Below are positions 29,385 through 38,361 of a stretch of 64,000 nt of DNA, piece after piece. The notes under the pieces are model-generated. The model worked only from the letters and a program-made list of their open reading frames with translations. It had not been told where the DNA came from and made no database searches. How positions within the stretch are numbered: the stretch's first letter is position 1; each line of letters begins with the position of its first letter. The stretch is taken from the NCBI RefSeq assembly GCF_900542875.1, contig NZ_UQPH01000002.1. One strand, given 5' to 3'. The translations under genes and the position numbers were made by a program. The DNA is from an uncultured Eubacterium sp. (GTDB taxonomy: Bacteria > Bacillota > Clostridia > Oscillospirales > Acutalibacteraceae).

Positions 29385-30338
29385 TTATAATGTTTTCTTC
29401 AGCACAAATACCAGCCATCCGTTGTTTTCGTGCCGCTCGATAACCTCGAAACCGTTTTGATTAAAGGAATAAAGAACTTCGTCCTCACGGTTTTCTATGA
29501 TGCCGCCCGTGATGTAAACACCGTCATCTTTAAGGAATTTTCCGACTTCGGTGTTGAATTCCATAATTATGTCGGCAACGATATTTGCAACTACTATATC
29601 GAATTTACCGCTTACCTTATCGGAGAGGTTGCCCTGAACGGCGGTAAAGCGGTCTTCGGCGAAACCGTTTTGCTTTGCGTTTTCCTTAGCGGTCTTTACT
29701 GCAAGGCTGTCTATATCAACGCCGAGCGCATGCTTTGCGCCGAGGAGAAGCGTTGCTATCGAGAGTATTCCCGAGCCGCAACCTATGTCCAAAACTTCGT
29801 CGCCGTTTTTAACGTATCTTTCGAGTGTTTCAAGGCAAAGCCTTGTTGTCGGGTGTGAACCCGAGCCGAAAGCGAGTCCGGGCTCAATGTCGAGCACGGC
29901 TCTGCCGTCTGCGTCGTAATCGTCAATCCAAACGGGGCGAATGAGCAGTTTTTCTCCGATGGGCATTGGGTGAAAATACTGTTTCCAGTTATTCTGCCAG
30001 TCCTCCACCTTGCAGTCCGATACGGTTATTTCGTGCTCAATTCCTGATGCATTAAGACGTTCTTTAAGAAACGATACCGACTCCATCGGATTTTCTTCGG
30101 GGTTTATATAGATGTGGATTATGCCCTTTGTTCTATCCTTTTTGAGCAGAGATTCCTCTATCAAATCAATGTGGGCAATCTCCATTGTTTCTTCTTCGAG
30201 TGCCGAATAGTCTTCAATGTATATGCCGTACGGCACCACCATATTTGCTATGTCACCGGCAGTGTCTATGTCCGCCGTGTTTACCTTTACCGATATTTCT
30301 GTCCAGCTGTCCTGATCGACTGCGTTGGTCATTCCCAT
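29385..30338 (-). CDS. prmA: Ribosomal protein L11 methyltransferase
   Basis: SAM-binding motif DIGCGSGILSIA and the overall PrmA architecture. Confidence 0.85.
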   Translation of the reverse strand: MGMTNAVDQDSWTEISVKVNTADIDTAGDIANMVVPYGIYIEDYSALEEETMEIAHIDLIEESLLKKDRTKGIIHIYINPEENPMESVSFLKERLNASGIEHEITVSDCKVEDWQNNWKQYFHPMPIGEKLLIRPVWIDDYDADGRAVLDIEPGLAFGSGSHPTTRLCLETLERYVKNGDEVLDIGCGSGILSIATLLLGAKHALGVDIDSLAVKTAKENAKQNGFAEDRFTAVQGNLSDKVSGKFDIVVANIVADIIMEFNTEVGKFLKDDGVYITGGIIENREDEVLYSFNQNGFEVIERHENNGWLVFVLKKTL

Positions 30339-30348
30339 AATGTTCTCC

Positions 30349-31278
30349 TTATTTTTCGAGGTTTACTCTGTGGTCCGCTTCGCCGAGCGAGTGGTTATAC
30401 AGTTTTCTGTTGTCGAGTGCCCACTGTCTGTCGGTGAATTCGCCGCAGCCTACCGAGCCTACGGCATTTGTGATTTCATAAATTGTTGCGTCGAGTGCGT
30501 CGAGAGTAGAAAGCACTTCAGCCTCTAAGAACATAGGCATTTTTGCCGCACCGTATTCGGGCACGCCGTGGTGGGATATAATCATATGCTCAAGGAGCAG
30601 TACTTTTTCGTTATCTATTTTGAGTTTTTTTGCCGACTCTTCAACATACATTGCACCCTTTACGAGGTGACCTATCAGTTCTCCGCCTACCGTGTAGCCG
30701 TCGCACAGTCCGCTTTTTGATACATTCATCTCAAAGGTTTTTGCAACATCATGGAGAATTGCTCCCGAGATGAGAAGTTCTCTGTTAATTGCGGGATATA
30801 TCGTGCATATCTTTTCTGCCATTTCCACTATTGAGGCAGTGTGCAGCATAAGCCCTCCGACTATTGCGTGGTGGAGCCTGTAAGCCGCAGGATATACTTC
30901 CAGTTTTTCCTTGTGCTCGAGCATAATATCGCTTACGATAGCCTTAAGGTCTGCGTCCTTAAAATTATTTACTTTGTTCATGAGTATGGAAAATACGGCT
31001 TTTCCGTCATACTGAGAGGACGGAACGAAATCGCTTATCATACTTTCGGGTGCTTTCTTTATTGTGGTTATGTTAAGTTGGGTCTTGCCTTTGTAATCGT
31101 CTGCTCTGTACTCGATTTCGATTACATCGTTTACGGCAAACATACCGTTGTTGTCAAATCTCCATATTTTTGCGGGATATTCCTTTTTGTCGCTTCCGAT
31201 TACTACGAGGTCGAGATAGCCGTTTCCGTTTTTGTCCGTCTTTTCTCTGAGTTCTTTTATCATTGCGTAAGATGCCAT
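30349..31278 (-). CDS. yhaM: 3'-5' exoribonuclease YhaM (OB-fold plus HD domain)
   Basis: N-terminal OB-fold followed by an HD phosphohydrolase domain (HHAIVGGLMLHT...ILHDVAK). Typical YhaM length. Confidence 0.75.
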   Translation of the reverse strand: MASYAMIKELREKTDKNGNGYLDLVVIGSDKKEYPAKIWRFDNNGMFAVNDVIEIEYRADDYKGKTQLNITTIKKAPESMISDFVPSSQYDGKAVFSILMNKVNNFKDADLKAIVSDIMLEHKEKLEVYPAAYRLHHAIVGGLMLHTASIVEMAEKICTIYPAINRELLISGAILHDVAKTFEMNVSKSGLCDGYTVGGELIGHLVKGAMYVEESAKKLKIDNEKVLLLEHMIISHHGVPEYGAAKMPMFLEAEVLSTLDALDATIYEITNAVGSVGCGEFTDRQWALDNRKLYNHSLGEADHRVNLEK

Positions 31279-31473
31279 ATAATTACCTCTTTACATTACA
31301 TTCATAAATCTTTACTATGATTATAGCTTATAGTCGTCCGTTTATCAAGCGAATATGTGATTAAGTCCCGTAATTGGGATAAAAATTAAACAATTATAAA
31401 ACATTTTTTCATTTGATTGACAAAGTAATTTTACTGTTGTATTATGAAATCAAAATTAAAAGGAGGACTCGTT

Positions 31474-32313
31474 ATGAACGAATGTTGGCTCCACGGAAAA
31501 ACCGTAGTAGTAACAGGTGCTTCGGGAGGAATGGGCGCAGGCATTGCCGGTACTCTCATTAAAAAGCACGGCTGTACCGTAATCGGTGTGGCAAGAAACG
31601 AAAAGAAGATGCTTAAATTTATAGATGAACTCGGCGACAGTTATGCAAAGCAGTTCAGCTATAAACTGTTTGATGTTTCCAAAAAGGAAAATTGGGAGAA
31701 TTTTTACCAAGAACTCAGAGATAACGGAGTTAAGGTTGATATATTGATTAATAATGCGGGTATTCTTCCTAAGTTTAAGAGATTTGATAAGTATTCGTAT
31801 GAAGAAATCGATATGGCTATGAACATTAATTTCTACTCGAGTGTTTATTCGGTAAAGACTATGTTGCCTATGCTTCTTGAGTCTTCGACTCCGGCTGTAA
31901 TCAATATTGATTCGTCAGCCGCTCTTATGACGCTTGCGGGCACATCTATGTATTCTGCTTCCAAAGCGGCTCTTAAGGGATTTACGGAAGCGCTCAGAAT
32001 TGAGTTTAAGGATAAAATGTATGTAGGTTTGGTTTGCCCCGGATTTACAAAGACTGATATTTTCCGTGGTCAAACGGGCGTAAATATGGAAAGCGGCGCA
32101 AAAGTTATGGATATGATAAGCACCGACTGCGACAAAATGGTAAAGATGATTATGTTCGGTATCGAACATAAGATGCCTATGCAGGTTCACGGCTTTGACG
32201 CTCACGCCATGAGCGTTGCAAACCGTCTTATGCCTGTTTACGGTTCAAAATTGTTCAGTGCGGTTATGAGAATGGCTAATGTGGACATTTTCAAAGAGGT
32301 ATTCTCGGATTAA
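31474..32313 (+). CDS. Short-chain dehydrogenase/reductase (SDR) family oxidoreductase
   Basis: TGASGGMG Rossmann motif and YxxxK (YSASK) catalytic motif. Start set at ATG 31474, preceded by RBS AAGGAGGA. Confidence 0.8.
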   Translation: MNECWLHGKTVVVTGASGGMGAGIAGTLIKKHGCTVIGVARNEKKMLKFIDELGDSYAKQFSYKLFDVSKKENWENFYQELRDNGVKVDILINNAGILPKFKRFDKYSYEEIDMAMNINFYSSVYSVKTMLPMLLESSTPAVINIDSSAALMTLAGTSMYSASKAALKGFTEALRIEFKDKMYVGLVCPGFTKTDIFRGQTGVNMESGAKVMDMISTDCDKMVKMIMFGIEHKMPMQVHGFDAHAMSVANRLMPVYGSKLFSAVMRMANVDIFKEVFSD

Positions 32314-32477
32314 ATCGACTGATTTTCAGTAAATTAAGCAGTACCGATGATTATGCAACGGAGCATAGACACACTTCATAAGAAAATAATTGCTTTAGCG
32401 GTTATTCATTATGCAGTGTGTATGTCGGTCTGCTTTTTTTGCGTTATATTTTTATATGAGAAACAGGAGGAAACAAT

Positions 32478-33911
32478 ATGGTACAGGATACGGCACAAAA
32501 GAAGTATCTTAATTTTAAGGAGATTGCGGCTTATTCTCTGGGTCTGTTCGGATTTCAGGCGATAGTCGGACTCTTAAACAGTTATCAGGCGGAGTTTGAC
32601 GGCTCGATTTTGGGAGCTAATGTTTCGGTTGTTGCAATTCTTATTTTGGTTGCGAAAATCGTGTCTGCCGTTGCCGACCCCGTTGTGGGAAATTTGGTTG
32701 ATCGTTCAAAGAGCAAGATGGGTAAGTTTAAGTCGATGATAGTTTACTCGCTTGCACCGCTGCTCATTTTTACTGCGGTTGTGTTTATTGATGTTCCGTT
32801 TAAGGAAAATAAGACAGCAACCTATGTTTGGATTTTTGTTACATATCTTATCTGGAACATTGCGATGACAATGGGTGATGTTCCGTCGCAGGGCATTGCC
32901 GCCGCTCTGACGCCCAACCCGACAGAGAGAACCAATGTTGTCTCTATTTCAAACACCTTTAAGCAGGTTGGTTTCAGTGCGTGCGTTGTAATTGTCCCCA
33001 TAATTTGTCTTATCATTCCGGGCGGCTCTAAGGTATTTGTTAAATCGGGCGAGACCGATACTCCTATGATTGCGTCGGAATATTTGGGCACCGCCGTTCT
33101 TACTGCCGTGCTCGGCTGTATTCTCTTTGCTCTCATTCCGATGATTAATAAGGAGAGAGTAACCGTAAAGAATACGGAAAAAACCACTGCTAAGGATATG
33201 GCTTATGCGCTTAAAAGCAATGTGCCGTTTATGCTTGTTATCATATCGTATTTTCTCGGCTTCGGCAGGCAGATGGCTATGGGAATTCAGGTTCAGGCGG
33301 CTACCGTTATTTTGGGCAGCCAAAATCTCGTTGCCGTGCTCGGTATAGTTACCGCCGTAGGTTCTATGATAAGTATGGCGCTCTGTCCGCTTCTTATTAA
33401 GAAAACGGACGAGAAAAAGGCATATATAATTCTTTCCGTTTACGGCTTTGCCGCTTCGATTTTCTCATTTGTTATCGGTAGTCTTTGGTTTAAGTCTCCC
33501 GAAAACTCGGTTCTTACCGTTTTATTCTATGCAAGCCTTTTCCTTATCGGCTTGCAATTCGGTGCAGTAACTCTTATGCCTATGATTATGACCGCCGATT
33601 GCGTGGATTATTATGAGTATAAGACAGGCAAGAGAATGGAGGGAACCTGCTATTCCATCCTTACTCTCACTATCAAGGTTTGTCTTGCACTCGGTACTGC
33701 CGTAGGCTTGATTTTCGTTCAGGCTTCGGGCTATTATGACGGACTTGCAACCGGTTCGTTTGATATAAAGACAAAGAATATTATCTTTTTTGCATATACG
33801 GCATTGCCCGGAATTCTTGCGTTGCTTTCGATTATTCCTATGTTTAAGTATGACATAGTCGGAGATAAGAAAAAGGAAATTACAAAGGCACTTGCAGAGA
33901 AGAGAAACTAA
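32478..33911 (+). CDS. MFS transporter, GPH:cation symporter family (second copy in the window)
   Basis: GPH signature DPVVGNLVDRSKSKMGKFKSMIVY. 12 TM helices. Confidence 0.75.
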   Translation: MVQDTAQKKYLNFKEIAAYSLGLFGFQAIVGLLNSYQAEFDGSILGANVSVVAILILVAKIVSAVADPVVGNLVDRSKSKMGKFKSMIVYSLAPLLIFTAVVFIDVPFKENKTATYVWIFVTYLIWNIAMTMGDVPSQGIAAALTPNPTERTNVVSISNTFKQVGFSACVVIVPIICLIIPGGSKVFVKSGETDTPMIASEYLGTAVLTAVLGCILFALIPMINKERVTVKNTEKTTAKDMAYALKSNVPFMLVIISYFLGFGRQMAMGIQVQAATVILGSQNLVAVLGIVTAVGSMISMALCPLLIKKTDEKKAYIILSVYGFAASIFSFVIGSLWFKSPENSVLTVLFYASLFLIGLQFGAVTLMPMIMTADCVDYYEYKTGKRMEGTCYSILTLTIKVCLALGTAVGLIFVQASGYYDGLATGSFDIKTKNIIFFAYTALPGILALLSIIPMFKYDIVGDKKKEITKALAEKRN

Positions 33912-34012
33912 AACAGAACGACGATAAAGTCCCGTAGTACAATTTCATTTATAATTAAATAAAGGATAGTCGAGTTATCACGTTCGGCTATCCTTTTAGT
34001 TTTTTAGTTGTT

Positions 34013-34705
34013 TTATTTTACGACATCTTTACTGTTTGCGTAGATTTTGTGCATACGTTCATCGTCAAAGTGATTGTCGAGATATTCTGAGACTGCATTG
34101 CTTGCAGGAATGCCTGCGTCTCTTCTGTCCATTCTGAATGCGGCAGCTCCCGAAAGGATGCAGTCACATACAAAAAATACGATGAAAACGCCGACGAATA
34201 CTTTGCTGAATTTAACAGGTATTTTATCTACAAGTTTCGACATAAGAGGATATACGACTTTAATCCAAAATATCCCCAGCACTCCCCAGAACAGAGAATA
34301 CAAAAGGCAAACTCTGCCGTTTATGTTAAGCGGAACATTGCTGTAGTCCCACGCTACCGAACCGAACAAAATTTCCTGACCCAGCGAGCATATGTATTCT
34401 GTCACTGTGCCGGCAACATAAGATGCAAGAAATATAGTGGACAGTTTTGCGTCTTTGAGTTTGTAAAGCACCAGGGTGAGTATTACCGCACCCATACCGT
34501 ACGCTACCGAAAGGTGGCTGTAAACAAGCGACTGCCTGGATTCTATGTAGCCGTGGCGGATAAAGCACCATACCGTCTCCACAAGCCAGCCTACCTCACA
34601 GCTTATGAAAAATATCCATACTGTCTTGTTAAAGGTCAGCCTGTCGTTAAATTTTGAGGCTTGAACCGTTGTATTATTTTTTTCTCTCTTTAATACGTCA
34701 ACCAT
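34013..34705 (-). CDS. Hypothetical polytopic membrane protein (possibly putative-ABC-transporter type IV / DUF1113-like)
   Basis: ~5-6 TM helices. No soluble catalytic motif recognised. Confidence 0.4.
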   Translation of the reverse strand: MVDVLKREKNNTTVQASKFNDRLTFNKTVWIFFISCEVGWLVETVWCFIRHGYIESRQSLVYSHLSVAYGMGAVILTLVLYKLKDAKLSTIFLASYVAGTVTEYICSLGQEILFGSVAWDYSNVPLNINGRVCLLYSLFWGVLGIFWIKVVYPLMSKLVDKIPVKFSKVFVGVFIVFFVCDCILSGAAAFRMDRRDAGIPASNAVSEYLDNHFDDERMHKIYANSKDVVK

Positions 34706-34728
34706 AATTTCTTCCTCTTTTATTATGC

Positions 34729-35276
34729 TTATCGGACGTCTCGTATTTTTTGTGTGGTATATGCGGCGGTGATTATCTTGCTTATACCCTCAAGCACACA
34801 ACCGAGGCCGTACAGCCTTGCAAGCACGCTCAGACTTTCTATCGGGCAAAAGATTAAAAGTATGCCCAAAGCCATTGATATTACGGAAACTGCAAGCAGT
34901 GCGCCCCAAGCCTTCAGTCCGAATTTTTTTGAATCAATCGACGCCTGAACGGAAAACAGACTGCTTGCCGTTATTATTATTCCTGTTATAGTGCTGAAAA
35001 ATGACAGCACCCAACTCGTTTTTGCTATGAATATAATTCCGATAATTATTGCGAGTATACCGAGCGCCAGGTCAAACTGAAAGGCTATGTTGTACCTGTC
35101 GTCGGAAAAGTAGGCGCAGATTTTTATTGTGCCGAGCATTATTGCAAATACGCCGATAATACAGCAGATTGCTCTCATTGATATTTGCGGAAAGATTATT
35201 AATATCAGTCCCATAATCGAAAACAGAACGCCTGCACAGATGTAGGCTGTTTTTATTCTTTTCAAGTATTTCAAGG
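34729..35276 (-). CDS. HdeD-family (DUF308) acid-resistance-type membrane protein
   Basis: Repeated small GxxxG/A TM pairs typical of HdeD. Start reassigned to TTG 35274, which has RBS GGAGG 7 nt upstream. The N-terminal 50 aa of the longer track ORF are low complexity. Confidence 0.5.
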
Positions 35277-35317
35277 TGTTACCTCCGAGAGTTATATAAA
35301 GGTTAAAAACGCAAAAA

Positions 35318-35360
35318 CACCGACACGAATACGACAGACTATGATTCGTGTCGGTAAAAC
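35318..35360 (-). terminator. Intrinsic terminator downstream of the tetR-family gene (minus strand)
   Basis: 12-bp perfect stem accgacacgaat/attcgtgtcggt followed on the minus strand by gtttttgcgttttt. Confidence 0.55.
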
Positions 35361-35574
35361 GGTCAATTTGGTATAAGTAAGAGGGGGAAATCAGACTTGA
35401 GGAGAAAAAATATAAAGAAAATCCAAATAACATGGATAGCCTGAATCTTAATTAAATTGACCGATAGCCGAGTATTTATCTCTGCTACGGCTTTATTAAA
35501 TCATATACTTGGCAAAAACAAAACTGTCAAAAAAAGAGAAATATGCAATATTTGCACATTTCCCTTGTTTTGTA

Positions 35575-36138
35575 CTAATCTTTTTTTATTACATTTATTG
35601 AATTTTCTATATTCTCGGGGAATATCTTGCCCAGTTTCTTTATGAAATCCTCCGGATTTGTTTTCATTCCCAACTGCACCCATTCGGAAAAGGTACCCGC
35701 AATGGCATGTTTGTAGAATGTCGAGATTATTCTTATGTCTTCTTCACACATGGTGATACCTTTTTTCTCGCATATGATTTTCATCTTATTCTCGATTATT
35801 CTGCCTATGCCGTTTGCTATATAGAGATTTATTTTGTCCGCATATTTGGAAGAGAATATGTTTGATATAATATTTTTATTAATCAGCATACTGCCTGCCA
35901 CCTGCTGAAAGGCGTTCTCCCACGAAAAATCGTCGCTGTCGTTCTTTATTACCTCGTCGAGCATATTGTCAAATGAGTCCGACAGTACCTCGTAAATGTC
36001 GTGATAGTGGTAGTAAAAAGTATTTCGGCTTATGCCGCATTCGTCGATTATATTTCTGACCTTAATGCTGTCGAGCGGTTTTGTCTGTAAAAGCCCCAGC
36101 ATAGTCAGTTTTATTTCCTTTTTAGTAAACTGCTGCAT
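35575..36138 (-). CDS. TetR/AcrR-family transcriptional regulator
   Basis: N-terminal TetR HTH (IKVRNIIDECGISRNTFYYHYHDIYEVL). It is divergent from the ABC exporter operon. Confidence 0.8.
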   Translation of the reverse strand: MQQFTKKEIKLTMLGLLQTKPLDSIKVRNIIDECGISRNTFYYHYHDIYEVLSDSFDNMLDEVIKNDSDDFSWENAFQQVAGSMLINKNIISNIFSSKYADKINLYIANGIGRIIENKMKIICEKKGITMCEEDIRIISTFYKHAIAGTFSEWVQLGMKTNPEDFIKKLGKIFPENIENSINVIKKD

Positions 36139-36266
36139 ATTTACCTCTTTGGCATTATCATTGTCATTGAACTAATATTATATCATAATTCTGACATTTA
36201 TGCAATAATCGGCAAATGCTTGTTTTTGAAATCGGCAAAAAGAAATAACAAACATTTAACTTTTAT

Positions 36267-36296
36267 ATTGACAAGTGTATTTCTGTGTGATAGTAT
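36267..36296 (+). promoter_or_regulatory. Sigma-A promoter of the ABC exporter operon (TTGACA, 17-nt spacer, TAGTAT)
   Basis: Sequence ttgacaagtgtatttctgtgtgatagtat, ~40 nt upstream of the leader-ORF RBS. Confidence 0.55.
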
Positions 36297-36338
36297 TGGA
36301 ACATATTTACAGATTAAATTTATCGGGAGGTGTAGTTC

Positions 36339-36443
36339 GTGAGACAGCATTATTCATACAGACTTCGTTATTTCGTACGTTCAAATGAGAATAATTTGCC
36401 CTGCGATAAAACACCTTTTGGCAGGGTAAGACGCTTGCCGTAA
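36339..36443 (+). CDS. Candidate 34-codon leader peptide (GTG start) of a transcription-attenuation leader
   Basis: Strong RBS GGGAGG 8 nt upstream of GTG 36339. ORF VRQHYSYRLRYFVRSNENNLPCDKTPFGRVRRLP. It is followed by a hairpin ccctgc/gcaggg and an intrinsic terminator that lies upstream of the real ABC gene start. Confidence 0.4.
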   Translation: MRQHYSYRLRYFVRSNENNLPCDKTPFGRVRRLP

Positions 36444-36482
36444 GTTTTTATTATAGTTATTTATTGTCGTAAAGATGCTGTA

Positions 36483-36518
36483 AAACGCTGTCGGTTTGCC
36501 GACGGCGTTTTTGTTTTT
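36483..36518 (+). terminator. Intrinsic terminator (attenuator) inside the 5' leader of the ABC exporter genes
   Basis: Stem aaacgctgtcgg/ccgacggcgttt (one G-U pair) followed by tttttgttttt. The RBS GGGGGAG and ATG 36532 lie immediately downstream. Confidence 0.65.
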
Positions 36519-36531
36519 GGGGGGGAGAAAA

Positions 36532-38361
36532 ATGAGATTTATACAGATTGATAAGGAGCAGGCTGATGTGCCTGTTGTAAAAAATGTAATATATGCGCTG
36601 GGCTTGGTATGGCGTGCCGATAAAAGGCTGATGATAGGATATTTTATGCAGGAGGTTTTCGGCAATGTATTTGTATGGTTTGTGCAGAATATATTGTTTC
36701 TTAAAGTTTTGCTTGAGATTATCACGGGCAACAGAGATTTCGGTATGTACTGCCGCTGTCTGATTATCTTTGCCGTGCTGTCGGTACTTGATAAAATCGT
36801 TACTTGGAGCGGAATGAGAATTGAAAAAAGAGCGACTAAAAATGTGCTTAAAAATATAAACAATATGATATTTGAAAAGGCACAGTCGCTTGATATTTCC
36901 TGTTATGAGGACCCGTCTTTTTATGATAAATACCAAAGGGCAACCTTAGTGGCGACCTCGGGATATTTTGATATTATAACTTATGACTTTGTGAGTATGC
37001 TGTCGGGGATTATATCCCTAATTTGCGTGCTTTTTACAGTATCGAGCATAAATCCCGAGTATCTGCTGTTTTTGGTGCCTATATTTTTGGTGTTTATCAT
37101 AGAGACGGCAAAGAGCAAGTATGTATACAAGCGTGATTTGGAGATGACGACGAATAACAGGGTCAAGGCGTACATTCAGCGTACCGTTTTTCTGCGTGAT
37201 TACGCAAAAGATTTAAGAACGTCAAATATCTTTTCCGTTTTGATGAGTCGTTTTGAGGGTGCGATTGAGGCAAATATAGTTATACTGAAAAAATACGGAG
37301 TGGGTCTTTTTGTTTACAGTATGATAAGTTCGTTTTTTGAGGAGTTTATTCCGGTAATCGGAACTTACGCTTATGCGGGATATGAGTTTGTAAACAAAGG
37401 GAATATGAGCGTTTCGGGTTTCAGCGTTGTGCTGTCTTCGGTTTCCTCCGTCAGAGACGTTACGCTTGATATTACTCAGTGTTTTGACGAGATGAATCAG
37501 ATGGCTTTGTATTTCCAAAACCTAAAGGACTTTTTTGATTACGAGCCGAAGATTGTGTCGGGTGATAAAAAGGCGGGAAAATTCGAGAGCCTTGAATTTA
37601 AGAATGTATCGTTCAGGTATCCGTCTGCACAAAAAAATTCTTTGAGCAATGTCAGCTTTAGGCTGAATAAGGGTGAAACGCTTGCCGTTGTCGGAATTAA
37701 CGGAGCGGGCAAGTCAACGCTATTAAAACTTATGCTTAGGTTTTACGACGCTACCGAGGGCGAGGTGCTTTATAACGGTGTGAATGTAAGAGAGTATGAT
37801 TTGGCGACTTACAGAAATGCGTTCGCCACCGTGTTTCAGGATTATAAAAATTTTGCGCTGTCGGTTTATGAAAATGTTATGTGCAAGCCATGCACCGATG
37901 ATGAGAAAAGACTCGCTGCACAGGCTCTTAAAGATTCGGGAGCGTGGAGAAAAATATCGACTTTATCAAACGGCGGCGATACCGTGCTGACAAAGGAGTT
38001 TGACGAAAACGGTGCAGGACTTTCGGGCGGCGAAAACCAAAAGGTATCGACCGCAAGACTGTTTGCCCGTGATTTTGAGGTGGCTGTTCTTGACGAACCG
38101 AGTTCTGCTCTTGACCCCGTTGCAGAGAGTGAAATGTATGACAGTTTGGCTCGTGTGACCGAGGGCAAGACGGTGATTTATATATCGCACAGGTTGTCGA
38201 GCGCAACTCTTGCCGATAGGATTATTGTGCTTGACGGCGGCAGGATTATCGAGAGCGGAACGCACGGCGAATTGATGGCGCTCGGCGGAAAATACAGCGA
38301 GATGTTTTCGCTTCAGGCATCCAATTACAGCAGCGAGGAGGCAGAGAATTATGAAAATTAA
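36532..38361 (+). CDS. ABC exporter half-transporter (N-terminal TMD plus C-terminal NBD), subunit 1 of a heterodimeric pair
   Basis: Six-TM exporter domain. Walker A GINGAGKST, ABC signature LSGGENQKV, Walker B VLDEPSS. Start set at ATG 36532, downstream of the attenuator terminator. Confidence 0.85.
   Translation: MRFIQIDKEQADVPVVKNVIYALGLVWRADKRLMIGYFMQEVFGNVFVWFVQNILFLKVLLEIITGNRDFGMYCRCLIIFAVLSVLDKIVTWSGMRIEKRATKNVLKNINNMIFEKAQSLDISCYEDPSFYDKYQRATLVATSGYFDIITYDFVSMLSGIISLICVLFTVSSINPEYLLFLVPIFLVFIIETAKSKYVYKRDLEMTTNNRVKAYIQRTVFLRDYAKDLRTSNIFSVLMSRFEGAIEANIVILKKYGVGLFVYSMISSFFEEFIPVIGTYAYAGYEFVNKGNMSVSGFSVVLSSVSSVRDVTLDITQCFDEMNQMALYFQNLKDFFDYEPKIVSGDKKAGKFESLEFKNVSFRYPSAQKNSLSNVSFRLNKGETLAVVGINGAGKSTLLKLMLRFYDATEGEVLYNGVNVREYDLATYRNAFATVFQDYKNFALSVYENVMCKPCTDDEKRLAAQALKDSGAWRKISTLSNGGDTVLTKEFDENGAGLSGGENQKVSTARLFARDFEVAVLDEPSSALDPVAESEMYDSLARVTEGKTVIYISHRLSSATLADRIIVLDGGRIIESGTHGELMALGGKYSEMFSLQASNYSSEEAENYEN

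Noticed and set aside
35457-35645. 62-aa plus-strand ORF overlapping the 3' end of the TetR gene
   Set aside because: It overlaps the convergent TetR coding sequence and has no RBS. It is more likely a chance ORF in an AT-rich intergenic/terminator region.
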